Shown here: positions 11,600 to 25,400 of the stretch, piece after piece
How the letters are laid out: each line of letters opens with the position of its first letter
Position numbering within the stretch: the stretch's first letter is position 1
Assembly (NCBI RefSeq): GCF_006345805.1
Contig: NC_043009.1
Coordinates: 22,506,001-22,570,000 of the forward strand
Source: Octopus sinensis
Taxonomy: Eukaryota
DNA: 64,000 nucleotides
Direction: 5' to 3'
Notes under the pieces: generated by a model
Database searches by the model: none
What the model was told of the DNA's origin: nothing
Seen by the model: the letters and a program-made list of their open reading frames with translations, nothing else
Position numbers and translations under genes: made by a program

Positions 11600-11853
11600 G
11601 AAACGGGGACGAAATACCTATTTCCTTACTACCCACAGGGGGCTAAACACAGAAGGGACAAACAAGGACAGACAAAGGGATTAAGTCGATTACATCGACC
11701 CCAGTGCGTAACTGGTACTTAATTTATCGACCCCCGAAAGGATGAAAGGCAAAGTCGACCTCGGCGGAATTTGAACTCAGAACGTAACGGCAGACGAAAT
11801 ACGGCTACGCATTTCGCCCGGCGTGCTAATGAATCTGCCAGCTCGCCGCCTTA

Positions 11854-11902
<49 letters not shown>

Positions 11903-12600
11903 TTGTTTGTTCCTTCTCAAGCCATGCCTGACTCATAGGGCCGGTTTCTCGGTTTCCTTGGCGTATAGGTTCCCCACCTAGATGGGACGCCGGTCTGTCG
12001 CAGGTGAGTTGCAAGATGCAGGAAGAAAGAGTGAGAGAAAGTTGTGACGAAAGAGTCAGCAGAAGTTCGCCATTACCTTCTGCCGGAGCCGCGTGGACTT
12101 TATGTGTTTCGCTCATAAACACACACATCGCCCGGTCTGAGATTCGATACTCTAACCACCAGGCCATGTGCCTCCACAATAATAATAATGATCCTTTCTA
12201 CAGTAGGCACATGGCCCGAAATACGGGGGAGGATGATCGTCGATTACATCGACCTCAGTGCGTCACTGGTACTTAATTTATTGACCCCGAAAATATGAAA
12301 GGCAAAGTCGACCTCGGCGTAATTTGAACAGAACGTAGCGACAGGCGAAATACCTATTTCTTTACTACCCTCAAGGGGCTAAACACAGAGGGGACAAACA
12401 AGGACAGACAAAGGGATTAAGTCGATTACATCGACCCCAGTGCGTAACTGGTACTTATTTAATCGACCCCGAAAGGATGAAAGGCAAAGTCGACCTTGGC
12501 GGAATTTGAACTCAGAACGTAGCGGCAGACGAAATACTGCTAAGCATTTTGCCCGGCATGCTAACGGTTCTGCCAGCTCGCCACCTTGCATGTGCCTGGT
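11600..12600 (-). mobile_element. Cluster of family B SINEs (including a dimer at 12170-12600) with a family C SINE at 11905-12180
   Basis: Three copies of the tcgaccccgaaaggatgaaaggcaaagtcgacc core; family C motif gatgggacgccggtctgtcgcaggtgagttgcaagatgcaggaag; multimer junctions at 11618/11619 and 12354/12355. Confidence 0.85.
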
Positions 12601-12984
12601 GTATCCTCATCCAACGGGTAGTCATGATGGGTATACTGGCTTTGTATATTTTACCCCAGTGTCACTTCGATGGCATGCACTGCTCTCTCATTCAATAATA
12701 ATAATCATAATCCTATCTACTAAAGGCACAAGGCCTGAAATTTGGTGGGAAGCGGGGGACAATCGATTACATCGACCCCAGTGCTCAACTGGCATATATT
12801 TTATCGACCTAGAAAGGATGAGAAGCAAAGTAAAAACACACACCTACATGACACTGAGATCAACTGAACAAACTAGGAACACAAACCGCACTAAAAACTA
12901 TGAATTTGAATTAGAAGGCAAAGGGGAACTTTATAGTCTTTGCATCAATAAACTGGCAAAAAAAAAGGCAAAGCAAAAAACATT

Positions 12985-13162
12985 CATACAGTCGGGTGCT
13001 AAGAAGTTTGCTTCCCAACTACATGGTTCCGATTTCAATTTCACTGCGCGTCACCTTGCCCAAGTATTTTCTATTATAGCCTCGGGCCAGCCAAAGTCTT
13101 GTCAATGAATTTGGTAGACGAAAACTGAAAGAAACCGGTTGTGTGTGTGTGTGTGTGGCGTG

Positions 13163-13204
<42 letters not shown>

Positions 13205-13410
13205 TCATGTGCGTGTGCGTGCTGTCCCTAGCCACCACTTGACAACCGGTGTTAGTGAGTATACGTCCTCGTACATAGCAGTTCGGCAAAAGAGGCGATA
13301 GAATAAGTACGGGGCTTTTAAAAAAAAAGTACTGCGGTCGATTCGTGCTGCTAAAATTCTCCAAAGCGGTGCTCTAGCATGGCCGCAGTCTAATGACAAA
13401 CAAATGAAAG
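12985..13410 (+). mobile_element. Family A SINE, near full length
   Basis: Head, (TG)n(TA)n, tail through ctctagcatggccgcagtc. Confidence 0.85.
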
Positions 13411-13743
13411 AATATAGTAAATTTTTGTAAATGGGGAGGAGGAGGGGTTAGTATTAGTCAGGTTTCGGAACTGTTCCTGCTCTCTAGGGGTACATCAACA
13501 ATAGAAAGTAGAACTGATACGGGGTATCAACCGGGTAGCGAAATAATGGTTTTAGCTTACTGAAAGTTTTAGTATCTTCTAACACACGCGCGCGCACACA
13601 CACGACGTTGGTCAGGAGAATAAAGGCAGTTTTCGTGACCTCTGCATGTCCTTTCAGTGTCCATGATCTTAGCAGAATCTCACAATGTGAAACTAAACGT
13701 TCTGCCCGAATGCTTCTAGGTCAGTGTGTGCGTGTGCGAGAGT

Positions 13744-13839
<96 letters not shown>

Positions 13840-14149
13840 AAGAGAGGAGGAAGGAAAGAGTGCAAAGTTCGAAGTCACTATCAACCATTTGTCGTATAAA
13901 TTATTATGCACTTTATTTCAAAGTATGGAGTGATCCTTCACTACAGTGTTCCTTTGATTTTGTCACCTGCGTGAATACACACATACACATGTGTACACAC
14001 ACGGCAGACTTTCAGTTTCTGTCTACCAAATACACTCACAAGGCTTTGGTCAGCTCAGAGCTGTAGCAGAAGACACCTGCCCAAAGTGCCACGCAGTGGG
14101 ACCGAACCCAGAACCACATGGTTAGGAAGTGGAAACAAAAATCACATCT

Positions 14150-14450
14150 TAACAAATGTTTGTTCCTTCTCGAGCCATGCCTGGCTCATAAGGGCCGGTT
14201 TCCCGGTTTCCTTGGCGTATAGATTCCCTGCCTGGACGGGACGCCGGACCGTCGCAGGTGAGCTGCAAGATGCAGGAGGAAATAGTAAGGGAAAGTTGTG
14301 GCGAAAGAGTCAGCAGAAGTTCGCCATTACCTTCTGCCGGAGCAGCGTGTGCGTGGAGCTTAGGTGTTTCGCTCATAAACACATACATCGCACGGTCCGA
14401 GATTCGAACCCGCGAATTCGCTGCTCTAACCACTAGGTCATGTATCTCCA
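14150..14450 (-). mobile_element. Family C SINE
   Basis: Near-identical to 11905-12180 and 58275-58595 (agccatgcctggctcataagggccggtttcc..gggacgccgg..gcaggtgagctgcaagatgcagg). Confidence 0.85.
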
Positions 14451-14624
14451 CCATCTTAAATACATACATAATATCAACACACGGTACTTAGCTCTGTGTA
14501 CCCAAGTTTTTCATTAGCAAGAAATCCAATTTTTAAAATAAAGTTTCCCTCAGAGTTTTTAAAGGGTCTGCCCGTTTTTAGTTTCAAGCCTTCGTTAAAA
14601 GATACATATAATTAATAACTCAAG

Positions 14625-14900
14625 ACGCAGGTGTGGCTGTGTGGTAAGAAGGTTGCTTCCCAACCACATTATTCCGGGTTCAGTCCCACTGTGAAGCACC
14701 TTGGGCAAGTTTCTTCTACTATAGCCTCGGGCCAATCAAAGCCTTGTGAGTGGATTTGGTAAACAGAAACTGAAAGAAGCCCGTCGTGTATATATATGTG
14801 TGTGTGTTAGTGTTTGTCCTCCACCGGGTCGATTTGCTCGACGAAAACCCTTCAAGGTGATGCCCCAGCTTGGCCGCAGTCAAAGAAAAGCATAAAAGAA
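14625..14900 (+). mobile_element. Family A SINE (internally deleted tail)
   Basis: gacgcaggtgtggctgtgtggtaagaagg..gaaactgaaagaagcccgtcg..gccccagcttggccgcagtc. Confidence 0.85.
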
Positions 14901-14984
14901 TTATATGTAACTAATTAATTATATAGTTTGCGCTGTAACTTTTTAAAATCGTGAACACAACTCACGGATTCCATTTGCTACCTT

Positions 14985-15185
14985 TGTGGATAAGGCCAGC
15001 ATTTTAGGGAAAGAGAGCAAGCCGATTTCATTGATCCCCAGTATTCGACTTGTACTTATTTTATCGACACCGGAAAGGATGAAAGGTAAAGCCGACCTCG
15101 GCAGGATTTGAACTCAGAACGTATAGAGGAAGAAAGAACTGCCGCTAAAGCCAGTTTGTGAACGCGCTAACGTTTCGGCCAGCGT
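14985..15185 (-). mobile_element. Family B SINE
   Basis: tacttattttatcgacaccggaaaggatgaaagg..tttgaactcagaacg. Confidence 0.8.
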
Positions 15186-15577
15186 AGGAAAGATAATTAA
15201 GTGAGATGTGGGAGACGTTACTTTTCTGAAAATATAGTTTTCTTCCTCTTGACTTCTTTCCATTTATATTTATATACTCACAGGCCGAACGGAAATTATA
15301 CACACACACACACAATCGCTGACGAAGCATAGAAAAAAAAAGTCACACACTACCAACTACCGTACAACACCCAACCACCCCAGCACATTTCGTGTGTGTG
15401 TAAAGGAATAGGAATGGCATTTTTGATAATTTTTCCACTTTAATAATTAGATTGCGAACACCTAATGGTTTATAAACATCTAATTATTAAAGTGGAAATA
15501 TTATCTGAAGAGCCATTAATATTCCTCTTTATTTTCTTCTTCAAATATATAATACTGCAGAAAGGACTTACTATTTC

Positions 15578-15624
<47 letters not shown>

Positions 15625-15676
15625 TATATATATATATGTATACACACACACATATATATATAACACACACACACAA

Positions 15677-15714
<38 letters not shown>

Positions 15715-15787
15715 GTATATATATATACATATATATATATATACACACACACACAAAGATATATATATATGTATATATATATATATG

Positions 15788-15889
<102 letters not shown>

Positions 15890-15975
15890 ATTTTAATCCA
15901 AAAGGGAAACAAAAAAACAACAACAACAATTACAGTATTATTATTAATAGGCGCTCAGGAGATGGAAGCAGGGAG

Positions 15976-16010
15976 GTATGACGTTTCGAGCGGAGCTCTT
16001 CGTCGGAAAC
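15976..16010 (-). ncRNA. Minimal type I hammerhead ribozyme motif in a Penelope-like fragment
   Basis: Minus strand GTTT CCGACGA A GAGC TCC GCTC GAAACGTC ATAC: core CUGANGA with U4C, stem II GAGC/GCTC, GAAA, palindromic ACGT stem III, GUC cleavage triplet, stem I GTTT/ATAC with one mismatch. Confidence 0.7.
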
Positions 16011-16104
16011 ATAAAGAAGGAAGAGAGAGAAGAAAGATCCCAGAGCGGGCAACAGGGAAGAGAAAAAAGACGACTGGTGTTTACGAGTGCACATGGTGAA
16101 AAAA

Positions 16105-16148
<44 letters not shown>

Positions 16149-16152
16149 TGTA

Positions 16153-16188
<36 letters not shown>

Positions 16189-16189
16189 T

Positions 16190-16621
<432 letters not shown>

Positions 16622-16626
16622 GTATG

Positions 16627-16775
<149 letters not shown>

Positions 16776-16792
16776 ATATATATATATATATG

Positions 16793-16836
<44 letters not shown>

Positions 16837-16933
16837 TGTATATATATATATATGCATGTAAAATATTATTAGAGACAAAACCACTATTTTGCAAAACAAA
16901 CAAGGAAAGACTTAATCAATACATAAAATTTTT

Positions 16934-17028
<95 letters not shown>

Positions 17029-17068
17029 TGTATATATATATATATATATATGTATGTATATATATATG

Positions 17069-17111
<43 letters not shown>

Positions 17112-17338
17112 ATATATATGTATGTATATATATATGTATGTATATATATATATATGTATGTATATATATATGTATGTATATATATATGTATATATATATG
17201 TATATATATATATATGTATGTATATATATATGTATGTATGTATATATATATGTATGTATGTATATATATATATATGGCATAGTTTCGGTTGTAGTAGCAC
17301 AGATTCTTCGCCATATAGGCATGTATGTATATATATAC

Positions 17339-17393
<55 letters not shown>

Positions 17394-18217
17394 AACGTAC
17401 GCGCAGACGCACGACCTCGGTTCAAAGCAGGTGCAAAATAAAGGAATGTAAATCTATATACACGCATGCATGGGGAAATTATGTTTATTCTCTAATTTGG
17501 AACGGTTTTACTATCAAAATTAATAAACGTTCGCTCTCTCTCTCTTTCTCACACACACACACACACACAAACATATTCTACTCATGTATTTGAGATCGAA
17601 GAAACGTAAACAACACTGCTGATTGTAATGTAACACATGCACATGTTCAAACGTTCATACATTCACTAAGAAGGAAAGAAGGCACTTAAATCCACGAACA
17701 CACATTTAAGAAATAAGACTCGTGCCATTTGCAGCTTATGACACACGCACTCGCGCAAGTACACAGTGTGTGTGTGTGTGTGAGTGTATATATACATATG
17801 GATATTTTCGGTTTGAACGGCAGTTTTTTCTAGCGGTGTCATATGAAATTGTCACCCATAATTATGACCCTAGTATCGATCTTATTGCATTTCAATCTGT
17901 TTTAGGGTTAGGGTTACGGTTTGGGGTGGGGGTATCTTTTTTCTTCACAAATGTAAATAAACCCAATCTGTTTCTTAATCGAGGGACATATTCATACGGC
18001 ACAGAATGTTTTTTTTACCTCAATAGTGTCAGTGATTGGTTGAAATTGCAGAAATTGAAGAAAAAAAAACAACAAATATCTTACAAACCATAGAATTTTC
18101 TCAATAAAGCCAAGAGAAAAAGATGTTTTATAAAGACATTCTACCAGTGTACGAAGTTTAAAATTTTTTAGTTACCTAGAAATTATGTTAAAAACTGCCG
18201 TTCAAACCGAAAAGATC

Positions 18218-18259
<42 letters not shown>

Positions 18260-18464
18260 CATAAACATATCTACACACACACACACAGATATACGCACTT
18301 CAGTAGAAATCATGCGACGAAGAAAGAAGACACACGCACGCAAACTCACGTGATCACAACAGTCATGTGATAATCTCTTTATGTCATTTTCCACATACTT
18401 TCGCGCGCTTTTAAAATAGTTTCTAAAAAATGTCTTTTTGGAAAAATTTTTTTAGCGACCTTTT

Positions 18465-19165
18465 TTTTGTGAAGCGAGTCGCATAAGACTCGTTAGGCGA
18501 GCTATGTAGAAAGTCCCGCGAGCCGCAAGTTGCCAATGACTGAATATAAAACGGAGAAAGCAAAGTCTTCAGTGTGAGTATGTGGTTTGTGGAGTCGACT
18601 GCGTCCTCCGCTTCATTTTTTGTAAATCACTCATTCTCATTTAATTGTATATATTTTAATTGTTTGTTTATTCATATGTTTCGTCTCATTCGATACCCTG
18701 ACCCCAATGTTTGTTTTGTCTGTCCTCGTATCGGCCCCTCTTTTTCTCAACCTTATGGTAATAAAGAAATTGACTGCTCTATGCGGTTCCTCGACCCGCG
18801 AGAAATAGCAAGCGAATCCTATGACTTACTGTTTAACCAAATCGATTAGTTAGTTGGACATTTAGCCAATTGACTAATGATAAAGGAGTGGAATTGAACC
18901 AGTGCGTGTGTTAATAATATTGGCATAATGACTCTCCGAAGACAATAAAATTTTATCATTTTCTTTTGATAACCACATCTAGGCAGCGAGACAAAGAGAG
19001 GGCCTCTATTTTATACCATGAATAGGCAACTTTTTTTGTGAAGCGGGCCGCATAAGACGTGGTTCATCATCAGGTGAGCCGCATTATTAAAAGAATTTAA
19101 GGTAATTTTTTGTTAAGCATACCATGCAGAAAGTCCCGCGGGCCACAGGTTGCCCATGACTGCTA
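18465..19165 (+). mobile_element. Two direct-oriented right ends of an hAT-like MITE (18465-18545 and 19030-19165)
   Basis: tttttgtgaagcg(a/g)g(t/c)cgcataagac..agaaagtcccgcg(a/g)gcc(g/a)ca(a/g)gttgcc(a/c)atgactg occurs twice. Confidence 0.6.
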
Positions 19166-19899
19166 TATACGGATCCTCGACCTGCAAGGTAGATTCTATG
19201 AGGTGGAAAAAGAGAAAGGACACAATATATGACAAAGGACGGTCACGCCTGGAACGCTTATCTGCTCAATCAGAATGAAGTCAGATAGTAATATCAATTC
19301 TGGATGTCAATTATTATCCTTACAGTCTGTATAAAGGGATGGGGTTTTGAGGGTACACAGGGCAGGATTCGGAGGGTAAAGTTAGGGTCACGTAACAATT
19401 TGGTGAGTGCCTCTCTAGAATCTCACGACTCCTTGAATTCCCTCTTGGGTAATACTTTTGCCCCGCTTTACCATATTTTTCAAAGAGGACCTAATTTTTC
19501 TAAAGCAATCCCACCCCTTTTTTAATCAGGGAAGAAAGCAGTGGGCATGACCCTTTGCAGGGCCTCGAGGATTGGGGAAAGGATTAAAGGAATCCTCAAA
19601 CCGAAAGCCTTACCTGAAATCATTAAATAGAGTGGAGTCCTCTAAAGGCCGTGGCGAAATTTGAACTCAGAATGCAAGGAGCCGAAGTAAATACCGCAAC
19701 GCATCTGGTTCGATGTTCCTACAGTTCTGCTTTTCATTCTTTTAACACTCCCTGAAGGATGAAAGGTTAAGGTGACCGCGGAAGAGCACAGAGTCGGAAA
19801 AATAAGGTGAAGCGTTCAGTCCAACGCTCAAACGACACCGCCAACTCACCGCCTAATGGACAGCCTATCTCGAAGAAGAAGAAAATGTAATATCCTTTC

Positions 19900-21220
19900 T
19901 ATTATAGTCACAAAGCCTGAAATTTAGGGGAGGGTGATAGTCGATTACATCGACCCCAGCACTCAACTGCTACTTATTTTATCGACTCCGAAAGGATGAA
20001 AGGCAAAGTCAACCTCGGCGGAATTTGAACTCAAAACGCGAAGACGGACGAAGTGCCGCTAAGCATTTCGCCCGGCGTACTTTCGATTCCGCCAGCTCGC
20101 CGCCTTAGAAGAAAATGCAATATCACCTACAGGAATCGAACGCCGTGTCTACTGTTAATCCTACAGCCAACACATACAGATGCAGTATGGTCTAGTGATT
20201 CGCAACTCCGATATCTCAGGTTCGATCCTACGGTGTAACATCTTCGCCAAATGTCATTTTCTGTAGCCTCCAATCAATCCATTCCTTGGATTGTATCTGT
20301 GCCATGCTTCCATACAGTGTTTACGCTGATTCAGCCTGAGAATGATGTTAAGAGTGCACGTGTCTTTGGAATACTCAGCCACTCACATATTAATTGAGGA
20401 GCAAGTGCATAAAAAATGGATAAAGCTCCTTGCCATGTCACATAGACTCAAAAGAGCGGTTTCCCGATTTCTGTGGCGTATATATTCCTCCCTTGGATGG
20501 GACGCTAACCCATCGCAGGGTTGCTCATTTTTGCTAGATGAGGTCGAACGGAGCAACATGAAATGAAGTATTTTGCGCAAGAACAGAACGCATCGCCAGG
20601 TCCAGAAATCGAAACCACAATCTTGCAATCATGACTGCAAGATCCTTACCGCTTAACCACGCACCTACACAGTAGGTAAATCAGTTGATCTAATAACTGG
20701 ATTCTCCTCTCTGAAACCAACAGAGAACTATCAGTCGCCATAATACGAGTGGCTACACAGAACCAATACCTCGTTGTATTATGACGGATGTAGTGCTCCG
20801 CAACCAGTATACCGCAGTGTAATCTGAATATAATTTTTCCCCTTATAATTTTAGTTATATTTTTTAGTTCCGGTGTGCTACCGAATTTTGAAAGTGTAGC
20901 GCAAGTGTAAAAAGGTTGCAAAGCACTAATGGAGAGAGAGAGCAGCCAGCTGGCAGAATCGTTAACACGCTGGACGAAATACGACTAGGCCTTTCATCTT
21001 TTCGGGGCTGATAAAACAAGTACCAGTCGAGTACTGGGTCTGCATTTCATCCGTCTTTACATTCCGACTTCAAATTCCGCCGTGGTCGACTTTGCCTTTC
21101 AACCTTTCGGGGCGAAGAGGGGAGTCGATAAAACAAGTACCAGTTATGTACTGAGTTTGATATAATTGACTTCCCCTCCCCTAAAAAACTGCTGACCTTG
21201 TACCCAAAATTCGAAACCTC
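19900..21220. mobile_element. SINE cluster: family B (-) 19900-20110, family C (-) 20330-20665, family B (+) 20940-21220
   Basis: Family-diagnostic motifs as in the other copies. Confidence 0.8.
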
Positions 21221-21269
21221 TGTGATATAGGTAAGTGTGGGCTAATTTTTCTTTTCTTTTTTTGTACAC

Positions 21270-21850
21270 CCGTTCATATTTCGGAAGTGGTGCAAGAGCT
21301 TATAAAAAGGTCTTCCCAGGAAAGCAAGGCTTTTAGTCTTATCGCCAGCATCACAAAAACTGAACTTATTCACCAACCGAGCTCAGATACACCACAGTCC
21401 AACTCCATAAAAACTGATAAACCCAATATTACCCAATTAACGTCGTTACTTCATTTTACTACACCGGCTCAGCATTACAAATATTAGAATTAAGAGTGAA
21501 ATTACTCTGCGTCTCGGAAAAGCCAGCACGTATCATCTTGCACACCTAGAGAAGATCGTGATAACTCACTCAGATAAAAGTTTCGGCTTTATCGAATTGT
21601 ACTTATCCTAACGTTTATATGTACGTAAAACGTTAATGCTTTACAGGAATCAAATCAACCCTGTGGAGGTGTTTCAAATAAGATGTCTCAGCAGCGATAT
21701 CTTTGAAACGTCGAACATAAGTGGCAGTGAAAAACTATTGAGTGTACAAATACGCGAAGTCAGAGAGAGAATATCGGTGATGCAAAGAGACTTTGTTACG
21801 GCTGCTTCCTGAATATTCCTATGACGTAGCGGAGACCACAGTTAGGGAGT
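21270..21850 (+). mobile_element. Decayed RTE-clade LINE ORF fragment
   Basis: Peptides ASITKTELIHQPSSDTPQSNSIKTD, EITLRLGKAS and VEVFQIRCL resemble the RTE post-RT motifs KTEVMHQP, EI..RI.KAS and FH.RCL; many stops and frameshifts. Confidence 0.65.
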
Positions 21851-22414
21851 TACAAATGCGAGATTAATGTTCAGTCCCACTGCAGAGCAACTTGGACAAG
21901 TGTCTTCTACTATAGCTCCGAACTGACTAAGGTCTTGTGGGTAAATTTGGTAAAAGGATACTGAAAGATTGTGCATTGCACCTCCAGTTGTTTGAACGAA
22001 AGTGCAGCCGTGCGTTGTCTTTTAATTTCTCCTGTCAGCAAAATCTTTTAAACATTTCGTACCTTGGACGCCATGTGGAATAGTGTGCGTCGGGAAAAGC
22101 ATCATGTGGTATAATAATGCTTTAAATAACATTCATCTAACCCATGCAAACACTAAAAAAAGGACGTCAAACAAACGAAACTATGGAACAGTAAGCACTG
22201 AATCGTTGAGCTTGGTATGATTAGCGCTTTCATAGGGTTCTGAGTTTCAAGAAAAGAAAAATAGATCTTGAAAAGAAAAGAAGAAAAAACGACAAATACT
22301 TCACTGTAAAGCCAAGTCAAACTCGATACTGCGTATGGGAAATGAACATGGCTACAGTATGTCAGGTTGTTGCAAGTCCAACGATAGACCTGACGTTCAC
22401 AGTAAGAGAGAGGG

Positions 22415-22800
22415 AAAGAAAGAGAGATTGATAGAGAGAGTGTGTGAAAGAGAGAGTGAAAAAGAGGGGGGAAGTGAGAGAAATAGAGAAGAAACGGGAG
22501 GTAGAAAAAGATAGATATATAACAGAGAGAGAGAAGGGAAAGAGAGGAAAGAGTGAAAAAGAGAAGAAACGGAAGGAGGTGGAAAAAGACAGATATAGAG
22601 AGGAGAGAGTGAGAGAAAGAAAGAGGGAGAGAAAGTGAGAGAGGGGAAGAGAAGAAACAGAAGGCAGAAAAAGATATATATATGTATACATATATATATA
22701 GAGAGAGAAGGAAAGAGAAAGAGTGAGAGAGAAAGAGATGAAACGGAAGGAGGTAGAAAAAGAAAGATAGATAGATAGATAGAGAGAGAGAACTGAAACG
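22415..22800. repeat. GA-rich low-complexity polypurine tract
   Basis: Almost purely A/G on + with degenerate agaagaaacggaaggaggtagaaaaaga units. Confidence 0.9.
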
Positions 22801-23128
22801 AATAAATGTTACTGCACATCTAAGTCCAAACGTGGTCTATCACCTCAACAGACGTCTGTAATCATAGAATTTAACCTAATTTGTTTTTATTAATTTTATT
22901 TAATTCCTGATACTTTCATCACATTTTATCAAACATTTTATCAATTCTATTTTCGTTTGGCTTTTATGAATTATATTTTACCCTCCGTTACCGAGCGCTC
23001 ATAGGTCGTTCCCGACGGGAGAGTCGATCACTCACATAAATACATGCATATACATAGCTATACATTTATGTCTAAATTTACTCACTTATACACAGATGTC
23101 TGCATGTGTATGTGTGTTTATGTATATT

Positions 23129-23189
<61 letters not shown>

Positions 23190-23191
<2 letters not shown>

Positions 23192-23330
23192 GTAAGTAGC
23201 TTACTTCCCAATCCCATGGTTCGGGGTTCAGTCCCACTACATGGGACTTTGGGCAAGTGTCTTCTATAGTCTCAGGCCGACCAAAGCCTTGTGAGCGGAT
23301 TTAGTAGATGGAAACTGAAAGAAGCCCATC

Positions 23331-23367
<37 letters not shown>

Positions 23368-23368
23368 C

Positions 23369-23413
<45 letters not shown>

Positions 23414-23585
23414 TCTGAGCTTGACAACCGATGTTCGTGTTTATGTCTCCATAACTTGGTTTGGCATAAGAGACCGATAGAATAAGTACTAGGCTTATAA
23501 AGAATAAGTCCTGGGGTCGATTTGCTCGACTAAAGGCGGTGCTCCAGCATGGCCGCAGTCAAATGACTGAAACAAGGAAAAGAAT
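23190..23585 (+). mobile_element. Family A SINE, full length
   Basis: Head, (TA)n(GA)n, tail to gaaacaagg. Confidence 0.9.
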
Positions 23586-23849
23586 ACACACACACACCTA
23601 TAGATACACGTATTTGTGTCTATATATCAGCATTTAACGTCCGTTGTCCATGCAGGTGTAACGGGAATTAGTTGCTTCTTGCACTTTTAGGGTGCAACTC
23701 GGGTGCATTCACAATTTCCGTTGCTTTAATTTCCAGATTCTACCAGTCAAAGAACACAAACGCAACAGTAAAAAATATATACTCTTTATTGTCTTATCCA
23801 CAGAACGAAATAAGGTGGTATATCGGTTCCACTTGGGGTGGTGTGGCAA

Positions 23850-24190
23850 GGCTGAGCTTCAACGCTTGTAAGAATCTTACAAGTTCAGCCGCAAAACAGA
23901 GCTGGTCAAATATGGCGTCCTTAGAGAGCGGAGAAAATACACGTCTGCTACAATTTGGTGTGGGCAGCCTTCTGGTGACTGCTACGTGTCTCTGGACGCT
24001 TTTTGGTTAAGGTTTACGCTCCCTCGCCTCCTGTCAGCTAAAATGCCACATCATCATTTCCTTCTTCCGGTCTTCGCGCATGCGCGAGAGGGTACTTACC
24101 CTCTGCCTTTCCAGAAGGCTCCATCTCCGCACACGCGAACTGAAGATGACGTTCCGCGCGCGCGCACTGTTGGATAGCGTCACTACACAG
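23850..24190. promoter_or_regulatory. CpG-rich promoter-like island
   Basis: Unique CpG-dense sequence with GCGCATGCGC (NRF1-type, 24076-24085), CTTCCGG (ETS-type, 24064-24070), TGACGT (CRE-like, ~24147), AATATGGCG (YY1-like, ~23908) and (GC)n. Function is inferred from motifs only. Confidence 0.6.
24100..24124 (-). CDS. Candidate coding first exon (MEPSGKAE.., phase 1)
   Basis: Minus strand gcggagATGGAGCCTTCTGGAAAGGCAGAGG|GTAAGTAC: strong Kozak (G-3, G+4), strong donor at 24099, inside the CpG island. Confidence 0.45.
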
Positions 24191-24279
24191 GCATGGGTTA
24201 AGTATATGATAGATCAATCGATAAGTGGACAAATACATATTTTTATAGGAAGATCCATATAGGCATAGATACAAACACA

Positions 24280-24319
<40 letters not shown>

Positions 24320-24460
24320 CAGGAAGGGCATCCAGGTGTAGAAACATTGTCAGATCAGATTGGAGACTAGTGCAGCCTTCTGGTTTACCAGTCCTCAGTC
24401 AAACCGTCCAACTTATGCGAGCATGGAAAACGGACGTTAAACGACGACGACGATGATGAG
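24320..24460 (+). mobile_element. 3' fragment of a (GAT)n-tailed retroposon
   Basis: ggaagggcatccagg..ggaaaacggacgttaaacgacgacgacgatgatg; same family at 33740-33990, 43390-43510(-), 46830-47180(-), 51730-52140 and 62930-63210(-). Confidence 0.75.
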
Positions 24461-25019
24461 ATAGATAGATAGATAGATACACACACACACACACGGGTGC
24501 TGGTGTAGTATGTGATCTACATACATGTTTCTGGTATAGCTTGTGATCTTCATTACTTCAAATGGTATAGTTTGTGATCTACACCGACTTTTTGATGTAC
24601 ATTTAAAATTCCTCTATTTACTCTCAACTTGCGGTTGGTTTGGTATATAAACCAAAAAAGACTTTTATGATTTAAACACTTTTAGTCCTGAGCCCATGAA
24701 AAGAAGTCGTGATGAGAGCTAAAATTCGTCTTCTCAAAAAGACGAGAGGTATTCCACTTCAAACATTTCAATTTCAATAATATTTCATATGTTGGAAGAT
24801 TTTAAGATCAAATGAGCAAAATCTCTTTACTGCATTTTTAAATGATATCCGTGCTACATACAAATAGTCACAATATTCATGTTTCTAGTATGAAATGAAA
24901 AATCAAAAAAAAATTTTCTTTTTTCTTTTTTTTAAATGTTTAACTCACTCCTCCAATTATAATTGCAAATTTATAACAAAGTTTTGAATGTAGTTCACAT
25001 ACTACACCGGCACCACACG

Positions 25020-25400
25020 TCTCCAGATTGGTGGACCATTGGAGGCCTAATCGTACTGAACGAAGAATTGTCTTCTGGTTGTTGAAACAGCGGTGTGCCC
25101 ATGAAGCAGTATAAAGACATGCTAAAAAAAAAGGTCCTGAAAGTTTATAACATCGACCCGCACCGGTGGACCACCCTGACTGCTGACCGCAATACTTGGC
25201 GCCGCACTATCCAGCTGGTTACCAGCACTTTTGAGACAAATCGTCCTGTCAGCCGATTTGCTTCAAAGAGAAGAAGAGAGCCTGGCGGAAGGACTATAAG
25301 AGGGCAGAGCCATGTGCAACGTAGACATTTCCCGGCGACCGCTGTGAGATGATCTGCTGATCGCATCGGTCATCAGCGTGTAGGCACGCAGGACGGACGA
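25020..25400 (+). mobile_element. 3' fragment of an RTE-clade LINE
   Basis: ..EELSSG..PMKQYKDMLKKKVLKVYNIDPHRWTTLTADRNTWRRTIQLVTSTFETNR matches the RTE C-terminal GEL..G..KRYKD.LK..W..A.DR..WR motif. Confidence 0.85.

Noticed and set aside
12440-13108. 222-aa ORF
   Set aside because: Runs through antisense family B SINEs and a family A head; no coding signature.
22362-22819. Ser/Leu/Phe-rich and Lys/Glu/Arg-rich ORFs
   Set aside because: Translations of a GA polypurine tract.
23911-24010. Plus-strand 32-aa hydrophobic micro-ORF MASLESGENTRLLQFGVGSLLVTATCLWTLFG
   Set aside because: No homology recognised; ATGGCG is explained as a YY1-like motif, and the promoter motifs lie downstream of it.
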